From Candidatus Nomurabacteria bacterium (GTDB taxonomy: Bacteria > Patescibacteriota > Minisyncoccia > Phycocordibacterales > UBA918), in the NCBI GenBank assembly GCA_023898565.1, contig CP060228.1, positions 25,448-89,447 of the forward strand: DNA of 64,000 nt, in the 5' to 3' direction. The notes below the pieces were generated by a model. The model did no database searches. It was not told the DNA's origin and saw nothing but the letters and a program-made list of their open reading frames with translations. Made by a program: the position numbers and the translations under genes. Positions 1 through 9,098 of this stretch are shown here, piece by piece; position 1 is the first letter of the stretch, and every line of letters starts with the position of its first letter.

Positions 1-248
1 GTCTTGAGTCCCGCTGCATATCTCCCCAGAGTTGATGGAGCGTAGCGAACACTTCTTCGCCAGCAACGCCAGACAGTGCCAGTCGCACATATTTGTCTGC
101 TCGCGCGGTGGTTTCAAACTGTCGCGCAACTTGATACACCTCGCGCACAGACAGCAAAAAAGCTTGCAATCCCGCTGGTTGAGACAAATCAATCGTGTCT
201 TGTTTGTTGGCGCTTATCACAGTGACTTCAGTGGACATAGTTATTACC

Positions 249-3020
249 TTAGAGTCCAAATCCTGGCGGTGGCGGCACGGGTGGCACCGGTTTCTTATAG
301 CGCGCCTGGATTTCCGCCTCAATCTCTGCCCGTGGCCGGCCCCAGCGCTCGTAGCTTTCTGCAATCATGCGAGCCACTTTGGTTTGGTCAGCTTCATGTG
401 GTGGCATGGTCGCGATACTAAATGGCTTCGCTGGCGTACCATTTGCCAAGACGCGCATAAAGGCATTGCGATTAGGCACGTTCATCAAATCATTCGCCGA
501 GAAGACCGAACCAAACTGCGGCTCAAGCACCTGCGCATCTTCGTTGCCGACGCGAAACGCAGCCATTGAACCCACGTTTCCAAACACCGCATCTTTAATA
601 ACTGGGTCGAGCTGCGCAATAAACTGGTGCGCAACCGTAAGTCCCAACTTGTACTTACGCGCCTCTGAGAGAATTGAGGCAATGGCAGGAGTGGAGATAT
701 TTTGGAATTCGTCGATATGTAGATAGAACGGCGGAAATGACATGGTCGGGTCGTCTACACGAGAGAGTGCCGCCATCAAAATCTTACCAACAAAAATCAT
801 ACCGATAAGGTTGGCGTTGATTTCGCCCAAGCGACCTTTTGATAGGTTTACCAAAAGAATCTTGCGCTCATCCATGAGCTGGCGGAAATTAAATGAGCTG
901 GTCTGCTGACCAATAATTGGTCGAATGTAGTCGTTGGCGGTAAGCGGATCAATCTTTGAGACAATGTACGGCACAATATTTTCAAGCGATGCTTCACCGC
1001 CAGCTTTACCGGCAATCTCACGCCAGAATTGAATCACGACTGGATTAGTCGCTTTCTCAAGCTTCTTCCGACGAAACTGCGCATCAGCCATCACCCGACC
1101 AATATCCATGAGCGTATTGCCGCTCTCTGGATCTTCCATTACGAGCATAGTTGCATTACGGAAGTACTGCTCGAACATTGGCCCCATCGACTCGGGATTG
1201 GCCCCATACAACTTCTGGAAAATAGACAAAAGCTCGTTCACGATAAACGTCTTCTGTTCAGGCTTCGTCACATCGTACTCGAGCATATTAAGCCCAATTA
1301 CCCGATCCATATATGACGGATCGAAGTAAATAACATCTTTCTCACGCTCTGGCGGCACCGCTCCTAACACGTCCACAATGTCCGTACCATGCGGATCAAT
1401 CATACACACACCAGCACCAGACTGGATGTCTTGGTTGATGAGATTTTTAAGGAACACCGACTTACCAGTACCCGTCTGCCCAATCACATAGAAGTGACGC
1501 ATGCGGTCGAGCTCGGCCATGTATGCTGGCTTTTCAGCTCCCTGATGTTTATTGATACCAAGCAGTGTACCCTCGCTCGGCATTTCTGTCTGCATTGGTG
1601 CAGTCTTAGCATATGACTGTTTAAACTGCGACGCAGCCACCACGCCGTCGGCCGGAAAATGCAGCATGGTTGAAAGCTCCTCTACCGATAAAGGCACGAT
1701 AGTTTTGGCGGACAACTGACGGAATGAAAACGCTCGCTGTGCATGCCGTAGATGCACTCCTTTTTGTGGAATGAATGAAAATTGATTGCTATCTTCTCGA
1801 TCGAATTGATTAAAAGAAGCCTGTAATTCACGCATAATTTGCTCGGCTCGCGAAAATTCTGAGGCTGATACTGCCATTCGTATATTTGCCTCAACAACTG
1901 GCGTCTCCAACTTCTTCTTAAACTTCTCAAGTTCGACCGTGTCAATTTCCTTCGGCTGCTCAGGTTCATTTGGATTTTTCTTTGACGCAAAAAACATGTC
2001 ACTCACCGATGCCAGCAAATCCCCTGCTACCGTACTGCGCGCAATTGCCTCTTTTGGCTTCGTCCCTTTTTCGACTGCTCGCACTATCCCATCAAACTGT
2101 TTACGATAATCCTTACTTGGGTACCGCAAGACAAACTGCAGTGCAGCACCACCACCTTCACGTTCAATTTTTGAAAACGCATTCATTACAACCTCAAGTG
2201 GATCTGTCGCAAAGACGTCGTGCGTTTTTAGTGGATAGATTGGATGCTTCTTCAGCACCACATCTGAAATCAGCGTATGCCCACCGTCAACGTAGATATT
2301 GTAATCATGCGGCTGTTCAGTAAGCACGGCTTGCGGAAACAGGGACAGCGTTTGTTTTTCGAACAAGGTCTTAAATTCATTTGGAACTGACACGTAGAAA
2401 ATAATGTCATCGCTCTTATCAGCCACTGCAATTTCAATCACAAAGTGATTACCTTCCTTCGCTGAGCCAATCGTACGGAGCCCGGCAAATAGCTGCTGCA
2501 TCTTTCCGACCAGCTCATTGAGATGAGATGCTTGACCATCGGTACTTTTTTGCGGCGGCATGGTCACTTCGTACAGAGTCATGTGGAGCACGTGCCACGG
2601 CGGTACACCTTCCTTAAGATCAGCCAGCTGCACACCACTCTTAATCTGCTCTATCAGCTGTCGATGCACTTCATCAATAACATACGCATTGGAAACTTTT
2701 TCGAGCACCGTAAGCGCATTACGGACCCCTCGCTCTGCCGCCAACTGCATGATTTCTGTGACCGGATCATGAGCAGTGTCAACCGTACTAACTGACTGTG
2801 CCAGCTCTTCACCCTTGAGCTCGTAGGCTGGATCAAGAATAACTTTTGGCGTAAAGCTCACATATTCTCGCAACTGCTCGCGGCCGATTGTTTCAACGTC
2901 AGCATCGTCAACCTCAGGCGTACGCTCCAAAAGCACACGCTCACGCTCGGCAATCTGTTGACGCAAAAAGGCAATCTCCTCTTCTGGAGACGAAAACTGC
3001 TGCGGAATCCCTTCCTTCAT
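249..3020 (-). CDS. VirD4/TraG-TraD-family type IV secretion coupling protein-like P-loop ATPase. Start moved to the ATG at 3020, because a hairpin terminator lies inside the longer ORF.
   Basis: Walker A VIGQTGTGKSVFLKNL, Walker B-like FYLHIDEFQN, and a long C-terminal region typical of T4SS coupling proteins (TraG-D_C-like). The 3071-3104 hairpin plus U-run sits inside the annotated 5' extension. Confidence 0.55.
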   Translation of the reverse strand: MKEGIPQQFSSPEEEIAFLRQQIAERERVLLERTPEVDDADVETIGREQLREYVSFTPKVILDPAYELKGEELAQSVSTVDTAHDPVTEIMQLAAERGVRNALTVLEKVSNAYVIDEVHRQLIEQIKSGVQLADLKEGVPPWHVLHMTLYEVTMPPQKSTDGQASHLNELVGKMQQLFAGLRTIGSAKEGNHFVIEIAVADKSDDIIFYVSVPNEFKTLFEKQTLSLFPQAVLTEQPHDYNIYVDGGHTLISDVVLKKHPIYPLKTHDVFATDPLEVVMNAFSKIEREGGGAALQFVLRYPSKDYRKQFDGIVRAVEKGTKPKEAIARSTVAGDLLASVSDMFFASKKNPNEPEQPKEIDTVELEKFKKKLETPVVEANIRMAVSASEFSRAEQIMRELQASFNQFDREDSNQFSFIPQKGVHLRHAQRAFSFRQLSAKTIVPLSVEELSTMLHFPADGVVAASQFKQSYAKTAPMQTEMPSEGTLLGINKHQGAEKPAYMAELDRMRHFYVIGQTGTGKSVFLKNLINQDIQSGAGVCMIDPHGTDIVDVLGAVPPEREKDVIYFDPSYMDRVIGLNMLEYDVTKPEQKTFIVNELLSIFQKLYGANPESMGPMFEQYFRNATMLVMEDPESGNTLMDIGRVMADAQFRRKKLEKATNPVVIQFWREIAGKAGGEASLENIVPYIVSKIDPLTANDYIRPIIGQQTSSFNFRQLMDERKILLVNLSKGRLGEINANLIGMIFVGKILMAALSRVDDPTMSFPPFYLHIDEFQNISTPAIASILSEARKYKLGLTVAHQFIAQLDPVIKDAVFGNVGSMAAFRVGNEDAQVLEPQFGSVFSANDLMNVPNRNAFMRVLANGTPAKPFSIATMPPHEADQTKVARMIAESYERWGRPRAEIEAEIQARYKKPVPPVPPPPGFGL

Positions 3021-3070
3021 ATCTCTATATAGTAACGCACTTATGCAGATAAGTAGTCCACTTAATCCCC

Positions 3071-3104
3071 GCAATGAAAATAGCCGGACCCTGAAAGGGT
3101 CCGG
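3071..3104 (-). terminator. rho-independent terminator downstream of mreB
   Basis: Stem ccggaccc / gggtccgg with loop tgaaa, followed on the minus strand by TATTTTCATT. Confidence 0.5.
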
Positions 3105-3153
3105 CATAAAGACACTTTTCAAAAATTTAATGCGTTGCCTCCATGATAGTACG

Positions 3154-3189
3154 CCAGTACTTTTCTCTAGAAAATGAGAAAAGTACTGG
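3154..3189. promoter_or_regulatory. Perfect 14-bp inverted repeat (ccagtacttttctc, 8-nt loop, gagaaaagtactgg) between mreB and the TraG-like gene
   Basis: Seen directly in the sequence. No flanking T-run. Candidate operator or RNA structure. Confidence 0.4.
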
Positions 3190-3274
3190 CGGAGCTATGC
3201 ATACAGAAAATATGTTCGCTAGCTCACGATTTTCCAGCAAAGTTCACAATATGTCCTGTGGGCATTTGTTCACT

Positions 3275-4288
3275 TTATTTTTTCGCCAAGACTGCACGCT
3301 TGTAGACATCGAGATGCTCCAGCGCCACTCCTGTTCCCTTAGCAACACAAAAGAGTGCTTGGTCCGCCACTTGCGCCTTTACACCAGTACGCCGGCGAAT
3401 CAATTCTGGAAAGTTACGCAGCTGCGAAGTGCCCCCAGTCATGATAATGCCGCCATCGATAATATCAGCAGCGAGTTCCGGTGGCGTATTTTGAAACACA
3501 TCCTTAATTGCCTTAATCATTTCCCGCAGTTCCTTGCCAATCGCTTTTACAATCTCATTACTACGCACTTCAGTAGTGCGCGGCAAGCCAGACACCATGT
3601 CACGCCCTTTAATCTCCATCGTGAGCTCTTCTTCAAGCGGCAAAGCTGAACCAACCGTAATTTTAATCTCTTCAGCCGTCTTTTCACCGATAGAGAGATT
3701 GCGACTTTTTTTGACATAATCAATAATCGCCGCATCAATGCGATTCCCAGCACATTTCACTGAGTTGGCTGCTACGATACCACCAAGCGAAATCACTGCC
3801 GCATCAATCGTCCCGCCACCAATGTCGACAATCATGTGTCCTTGCGGCTCATAAATTGGCACACCAGCACCAATCGCAGCCAAAATTGGCTCCTTCACCA
3901 CAAACGCATTACGCGCACCGGCTTTCATCGCCGCTTCCACCACTGCTCGGCGCTCGGTCGAAGTTACCCCGGCCGGCACCGACACCATCACGTCAGGACG
4001 AAGCAGATTGTACTTACTCATTGACTTACGCAAGAAATAGCGAAGCATTGCCTCAGTCACGCGATAATCAGCAATCACACCGTCTTTCATCGGTCGATAG
4101 GCTTTAATACTCTCCGGCGTTCGTCCGATCATAAGCTTAGCTTCGGTGCCAACCGCCAATACTTTATTATCGTCCGACACTGCTACCACCGATGGTTCGT
4201 TGAGCACAATCCCCTGACCAGGCACAAACACCAAAATGCTCGTGGTACCAAGATCAATGCCAATCTTTGGGGTAAGGCTGCCAAACAT
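3275..4288 (-). CDS. mreB: Rod shape-determining actin homologue MreB
   Basis: N-terminus GIDLGTTSILVF, DIGGGT motif, 337 aa, full-length actin fold. Confidence 0.9.
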   Translation of the reverse strand: MFGSLTPKIGIDLGTTSILVFVPGQGIVLNEPSVVAVSDDNKVLAVGTEAKLMIGRTPESIKAYRPMKDGVIADYRVTEAMLRYFLRKSMSKYNLLRPDVMVSVPAGVTSTERRAVVEAAMKAGARNAFVVKEPILAAIGAGVPIYEPQGHMIVDIGGGTIDAAVISLGGIVAANSVKCAGNRIDAAIIDYVKKSRNLSIGEKTAEEIKITVGSALPLEEELTMEIKGRDMVSGLPRTTEVRSNEIVKAIGKELREMIKAIKDVFQNTPPELAADIIDGGIIMTGGTSQLRNFPELIRRRTGVKAQVADQALFCVAKGTGVALEHLDVYKRAVLAKK

Positions 4289-4320
4289 AGTGGGTCAATA
4301 GTACCAGTCTTATGTAAAAA

Positions 4321-4352
4321 GAAAAGGCGCGCCGCGAAGCGGCGCGCCTTTT
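4321..4352. other. GC-rich hairpin (ggcgcgccgc gaa gcggcgcgcc) flanked by an A-run and a T-run, located in the divergent mreB / yciB-like intergenic region and within the mreB leader
   Basis: Palindrome seen in the sequence. Terminator-like, but placed between divergent gene starts. Confidence 0.4.
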
Positions 4353-4406
4353 CTTTTTACCTGCTAATCTAAATCTAGCATTCGTAGTACACTAGTAGTA
4401 TTCTAC

Positions 4407-5069
4407 TTGCTCATGTTGCGTCACGCCCGATTATTCAAACTTCTCATTCTGGACATGCTCATTATTGAGTTTGGGCCTCTGCTGGTTTTTTTTGCGCTAT
4501 ACCATTTCCTCTGTAGCTTTGGCAAAGCTGCTCTCGGTCTGGCCGGCACCACCTTAGTTACCCTCTACATTTCAAAACTAGTAAATCAACGCATTCCGTG
4601 GTTTGTAGTCATTTCAGGAGGCATCACTGCCGGCAGTGCAATCTTAAGCTACTGGTTTAAAACGCCCGATATTCTTATATTTACGGACACTGTTTTTTAT
4701 TTCCTATTTGCCGGGCTACTCGCCAGCGGCGTATTTCACAAGCGACAAGTATTTGCGACCTTTTTTGGCCACGTATTTTGCATCAGTGAAGCTGGCTGGA
4801 AGATTCTCGAACGACGTTTTTTAGGGATTTTTATCGCAGCTGGTATTGCCAATGAACTCGTCCGACATCTTGGAAGCGTACACGACTGGGTTGTTTTTAA
4901 ACAGTGGCTCGTTGTTGTTTTCTTACTTTTTGGCTTCTATCAACTGCGCGTTACTAGCTCACACCGTACTGAGGAAGCAGACCGTTTTGGATTACGTAGC
5001 CAAGAGTTCCGCGAACGCATTGTGATTGAAGTAGACGACAAAACACATCCACACTCTAAGTGTGATTAA
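4407..5069 (+). CDS. Intracellular septation protein A family (YciB/IspZ-like) polytopic membrane protein
   Basis: Pattern matches E. coli YciB (FLPLVVFFAFY vs FGPLLVFFALY; ALFAGALL vs FLFAGLLA; conserved C-terminal TM pair). Confidence 0.6.
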   Translation: MLMLRHARLFKLLILDMLIIEFGPLLVFFALYHFLCSFGKAALGLAGTTLVTLYISKLVNQRIPWFVVISGGITAGSAILSYWFKTPDILIFTDTVFYFLFAGLLASGVFHKRQVFATFFGHVFCISEAGWKILERRFLGIFIAAGIANELVRHLGSVHDWVVFKQWLVVVFLLFGFYQLRVTSSHRTEEADRFGLRSQEFRERIVIEVDDKTHPHSKCD

Positions 5070-5097
5070 TATAGCATATATGCTATATTAGCTTCAT

Positions 5098-6597
5098 ATG
5101 CAACATATCGGAACCCGTATCGCAGACCTGCGCGAAACTTTAGGACTTACCCAGACAGACTTAGCCAAAAAGCTCAAAACCACCCAAAGCGCCATCGCCC
5201 GTATTGAAAGCGGCAAGCAAAATGTGAGTGCCGATATGCTGAAGCGCATCAGCGCAGCCCTAGGGAAAAACCTCATTACCCTCTCCCCTGGCACGATGAA
5301 TATTAAAATCAACGGCGGCAAAAAGCTCACCGGCACCATCGAAACCAACACTTCAAAAAACGGCGCCGTCGGGCTTTTGTGTGCTTCTTTGCTCAACAAA
5401 GGCACCACCACCCTACACCGCATGCCGCGCATTGAAGAAGTACACCGTCTGATTGAAGTGCTTGAGAGTATCGGAGTTAAAGTTGACTGGAGCGGCAGCA
5501 CCGTCACTATTACCCCACCGAAGAAAATCGACCTCAAGAAAATCGACCGTGTTGCCGCCGAGCGCACCCGCAGTATTGTAATGTTCATCGGCCCCCTCAT
5601 TCACCAACTTCAATCATTCTCGCTACCACAATCTGGCGGCTGCAAGCTTGGCAGTCGTACCGTAAAACCTCACTTTTTTGCCCTTGAACACTTTGGTGTC
5701 AATATCGACACTACTGCCACCAGCTTTGACGTGACTGTAAAACCGAAGCAACCAAAAGAAATTATTCTCTATGAATCGGGCGACACCGTGACCGAAAACG
5801 CCCTCTTTGCCGCCGCCGGGAAAACGGGCACCACTACCATTAAGTACGCCACCGCCAACTACATGGTACAGGAAGTGTGCACCTTCCTTCGCTTGCTTGG
5901 CGTGCAGATTGAAGGTCACGGCACCACCACCCTGACGGTTACTGGCGTTGCAGATATCAACCAGAATATTGAATACACCCTCTCAGAAGACCCGACCGAT
6001 AGTATGTTTTTCTTGGCGGCAGCTATTACCACCAATTCCTCCATCACTATCACTCGCTGTCCGATTGAATTTCTTGAACTCGAACTTTTGAAGCTTGAAA
6101 AAATGGGCTTTAAGTACACCAAGTCAAAGCCATACCTCAGCCACAACGGCAGCACCAAGCTGGTCGACATTACGACCAAACCATCTAAACTCGTGGCTCT
6201 GCATGAAAAGATTCACCCAGCAGTGTATCCTGGCCTAAATATCGACAACCTCCCTTTCTTTGCCGTGATTGCTACGCAGGCGGCTGGCCAGACACTGATT
6301 CATGACTGGGTGTATGAGAAACGAGCTATTTACTTCACTGAACTCGACAAACTCGGCGCCGATACCGTACTGGCTGATCCACACCGCATCTTTATTACCG
6401 GACCAACCAAACTCCGCGCTACTGAGCTCGTGTGCCCACCAGCACTTCGCCCAGCCACTATTCTCCTCATTGCCATGCTTGGCGCTGAAGGTGAATCTGT
6501 CCTCAGAAATATCTACAGCATCAATCGTGGCTACGAAAAATTAGTTGACCGCCTCGCTTCGCTCGGCGCCGATGTTTCGTATCTCGATGAATTTTAG
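5098..6597 (+). CDS. murA: UDP-N-acetylglucosamine 1-carboxyvinyltransferase (MurA) with an N-terminal XRE-type helix-turn-helix domain fused in frame
   Basis: N-terminal 60 aa LGLTQTDLAKKLKTTQSAIARIESGK (HTH_3). It is followed by the MurA/EPSP-synthase fold, with the active-site loop QSGGCKLGSRTVKPHF (Cys present) and C-terminal INRGYEKLVDRL. Confidence 0.8.
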   Translation: MQHIGTRIADLRETLGLTQTDLAKKLKTTQSAIARIESGKQNVSADMLKRISAALGKNLITLSPGTMNIKINGGKKLTGTIETNTSKNGAVGLLCASLLNKGTTTLHRMPRIEEVHRLIEVLESIGVKVDWSGSTVTITPPKKIDLKKIDRVAAERTRSIVMFIGPLIHQLQSFSLPQSGGCKLGSRTVKPHFFALEHFGVNIDTTATSFDVTVKPKQPKEIILYESGDTVTENALFAAAGKTGTTTIKYATANYMVQEVCTFLRLLGVQIEGHGTTTLTVTGVADINQNIEYTLSEDPTDSMFFLAAAITTNSSITITRCPIEFLELELLKLEKMGFKYTKSKPYLSHNGSTKLVDITTKPSKLVALHEKIHPAVYPGLNIDNLPFFAVIATQAAGQTLIHDWVYEKRAIYFTELDKLGADTVLADPHRIFITGPTKLRATELVCPPALRPATILLIAMLGAEGESVLRNIYSINRGYEKLVDRLASLGADVSYLDEF

Positions 6598-6618
6598 GAG
6601 AAATCTATAACGAGCCAC

Positions 6619-6658
6619 AACGGCGGATTTTTGGCAAGCCTGCCAAAAATCCGCCGTT
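6619..6658 (+). terminator. Long perfect hairpin (18-bp stem) after murA. A TATAAT box at 6662-6667 follows, 11 nt before the priA ATG.
   Basis: aacggcggatttttggca / tgccaaaaatccgccgtt inverted repeat. Confidence 0.5.
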
Positions 6659-6678
6659 TGCTATAATGGCCAGCACGT

Positions 6679-8571
6679 ATGTTTGTAGTTCAAGTTACTC
6701 CCTTAATTCGCGGCACCCAGCTTGAATCACTCTCTTATTTCTCAAAAATCGACTATCCAGCCGGTGCCTTTCTCCAAGTCCCCATCCGCGGCAAAAATCA
6801 AACCGCCATCGTTACGGAATCAAAGCCCGTCAGTAGCACCAAGACCGCCCTCAAGGCGGCGACGTTTTCTCTTCGCAAACTTCCCAACCAACCAGACCCA
6901 GTCGTGATTCCTGACAGCATCCGGAACACTTGCGAAGCACTCAGTACTCGATATCCGGCGTCTGCTGGCGCGTTGTTATTTTCACTTCTACCACCAGATG
7001 TACGTAATGGCAGTCGCTTGTATCCCAAAACTGACCACATCAAACACAACGAAGAGACCACCCCACAGCTCCTCACCGCCCGCACTGACGACCGCTTCTT
7101 AGCCTACCAAGGCTTTATTCGTAGCACCTTCGCACACAAAGGTTCGATTATGTTTGTCGTGCCTACCGCTGTAGATGTGGAAGTTGCTAAAGACCTACTT
7201 TCAAACGGCATCAAAGACCGACTGGTCGTTTTCTCACCCAGCCAAACCAAGCGTCAGAGAGATGCGTCATACGACAAGCTAGCTGACACCACCTGCGCCA
7301 AGCTCATTATTACCACCCCATCACATGCATACCTGGAGCGAGCCGACCTCCTAACCATCATTGTTGAACAATCTGCCAGCGGGCACTATGTCAGCCGCCA
7401 GCGGCCATACCTCGATCATCGTGATGCGCTCATCGCCTACGCCAAAGTCTCAGGACGTTCGATACTCCTTGGCGACACTGTCCCACGCACCGAAGACGAG
7501 GCACGTCGTCGTGACGAAATCTATCTAACCTACGGTGAAGAAGCGAAGCGGATTGCCTTTTCTGCCCCACTAACCATCGTGTCACAACATGATAAACCAA
7601 AGCCCGAACAAGCCTTCAAACTCTTCTCTAAGGAGCTTGAGATTAGCGTGACGCGTGCGCTTGAAGCGCGAGGCCACGTCTTTTTCTATGCCGCGCGGCG
7701 TGGCCTCGCGCCGGTAGTCGCCTGCATCGACTGTGGCCACATCTTCCGCTGCCCAGACTCAAACACTCCCTACTCACTCATGCGCACTGAGAAAAACGGC
7801 GAGGAACAACGCTGGTTTGTATCAAGCACCTCTGGTCGCCGCGTTCGCGCGGCGGACGTCTGCGAGCAATGCGGCTCCTGGCGCCTGCGCGAACGCGGCA
7901 TCGGCATCCAACACGTCTATGACGAATGGAAAGAGCTCATGCCTGACTGCGACGTCACCATCATGGACAACAACACCGCTCCCAATGCCAAGGCCGCGAG
8001 CAAGATTGCTAAAGAATTTTTTGAAAAGAAGTCTGGCGTGCTTATTGGCACACAAGTAGCCCTGCCGTTTATTACCGCCGGCGTGGACGTTAGCGCGATT
8101 ATTTCGCTTGATGCTGCGCGCACCATTCCGACCTGGCGCGCTGACGAAGCACTCTTTCGCCTACTCCTTCGGCTGCGTGAATGCACCAGCAAAGAAGTAC
8201 TGATTCAAACCCGTACCGAACCAGACCACCTCCTCATGTACGCCACCCGCGGCGCTGTCGAGCGTTTTTATGATGACGAGATTGCACTCCGGCAGATGCT
8301 TCAGTACCCGCCGTACAGTACGTTTATTTTGCTCACCTGGATTGTAAACAACACTTCACTAGAAAGCATGAGCCAGCCGATTGTCGAGCAACTCGCTGCC
8401 TTTGACGTGCAGTACTACAACAACCCAACCACCACCGCCCAAAAAATCGAACGGCACGGCCTCATTCGCATTCCTAAATCCGATACCAAAACCTACGCCG
8501 AGCTACTCCCGAAACTACGCGCTTTGCCACCATACGTAAAAGTAGAAATCAATCCAGAACGTATTGTCTAG
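6679..8571 (+). CDS. priA: Primosomal protein N' (PriA)-like, with degenerate helicase ATPase motifs
   Basis: PriA-type Cys cluster CIDCGHIFRCP...CEQCGS. C-terminal LIGTQ...LDAARTIPTWRADEALFRLLLRL. Walker A GSGKT is absent (region reads FAHKGSIMFVVPT) and the DEAH box is replaced by IIVEQS. Confidence 0.65.
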   Translation: MFVVQVTPLIRGTQLESLSYFSKIDYPAGAFLQVPIRGKNQTAIVTESKPVSSTKTALKAATFSLRKLPNQPDPVVIPDSIRNTCEALSTRYPASAGALLFSLLPPDVRNGSRLYPKTDHIKHNEETTPQLLTARTDDRFLAYQGFIRSTFAHKGSIMFVVPTAVDVEVAKDLLSNGIKDRLVVFSPSQTKRQRDASYDKLADTTCAKLIITTPSHAYLERADLLTIIVEQSASGHYVSRQRPYLDHRDALIAYAKVSGRSILLGDTVPRTEDEARRRDEIYLTYGEEAKRIAFSAPLTIVSQHDKPKPEQAFKLFSKELEISVTRALEARGHVFFYAARRGLAPVVACIDCGHIFRCPDSNTPYSLMRTEKNGEEQRWFVSSTSGRRVRAADVCEQCGSWRLRERGIGIQHVYDEWKELMPDCDVTIMDNNTAPNAKAASKIAKEFFEKKSGVLIGTQVALPFITAGVDVSAIISLDAARTIPTWRADEALFRLLLRLRECTSKEVLIQTRTEPDHLLMYATRGAVERFYDDEIALRQMLQYPPYSTFILLTWIVNNTSLESMSQPIVEQLAAFDVQYYNNPTTTAQKIERHGLIRIPKSDTKTYAELLPKLRALPPYVKVEINPERIV

Positions 8572-8642
8572 CTTGCTTTTACAGCGCAGCGTGCTTAAAT
8601 ACCGCCCAGCAAGTCACTTGTACCATTCTCAAGGAGCCACTA

Positions 8643-9036
8643 ATGTCTACCAGCATTAATGCCAGCATGATAGAAGATGCGATTGCAACTTTTGTCCACC
8701 TGTTTAACAGAGGAGAGTATGAAAAAGCTTCATGGATATACGCCGAAGATGCCGTACTCATCGAAGACGGGTTGCTGAACCGCGGCAGAGCGCAAGTACT
8801 GGGGGGGGGCGGCACAGGAGCAAAACAATTTCATAAAAACGCACGAGGTACGCCTATGCCAAATCAATGAAGCTGGCAATCTTGCACTGGTTTGGTGCGA
8901 TTATGAGATCATTCACCAAACTGGTGACGGACCTTGTGTAACCTACAGTGGATGCTCGACTCTCAATTTTTCAATGACGGAAACAGGTCTCTTGATTATA
9001 GCTGATACCGGGATGATCCACGGTCAAAGCAGCTGA
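8643..9036 (+). pseudogene. NTF2-like (SnoaL/DUF4440-like) protein gene interrupted by a +1 frameshift at a G9 homopolymer (8801-8809)
   Basis: Frame 0 reads MSTSINASMIEDAIATFVHLFNRGEYEKASWIYAEDAVLIEDG...VLGGG. The +1 frame continues AQEQNNF...ALVWCDYEIIHQTGDGPCVTYSGCSTLNFSMTETGLLIIADTGMIHGQSS* to 9036. Deleting one G restores a single ~130-aa ORF. Confidence 0.55.
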
Positions 9037-9098
9037 TGAGCGCGGCGCCCAAAGGGCGCCGCTTTCCTTTTTCTTCGTATATTTGTATAGTACAAACC

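Noticed and set aside
32-726. Plus-strand ORFs 32-421, 195-569 and 367-726, and the many other 60-170 aa ORFs antisense to long genes (e.g. 5094-5600, 14532-15017, 23213-23757, 32358-33053, 35066-35869, 48014-48696)
   Set aside because: They lie entirely inside well-supported genes on the opposite strand, and lack RBS and family similarity. They are byproducts of GC-rich or low-stop antisense frames.
3021-3122. 34-codon N-terminal extension of the TraG-like ORF
   Set aside because: It contains a canonical hairpin plus U-run terminator (3071-3104), so the internal ATG at 3020 is the more plausible start.
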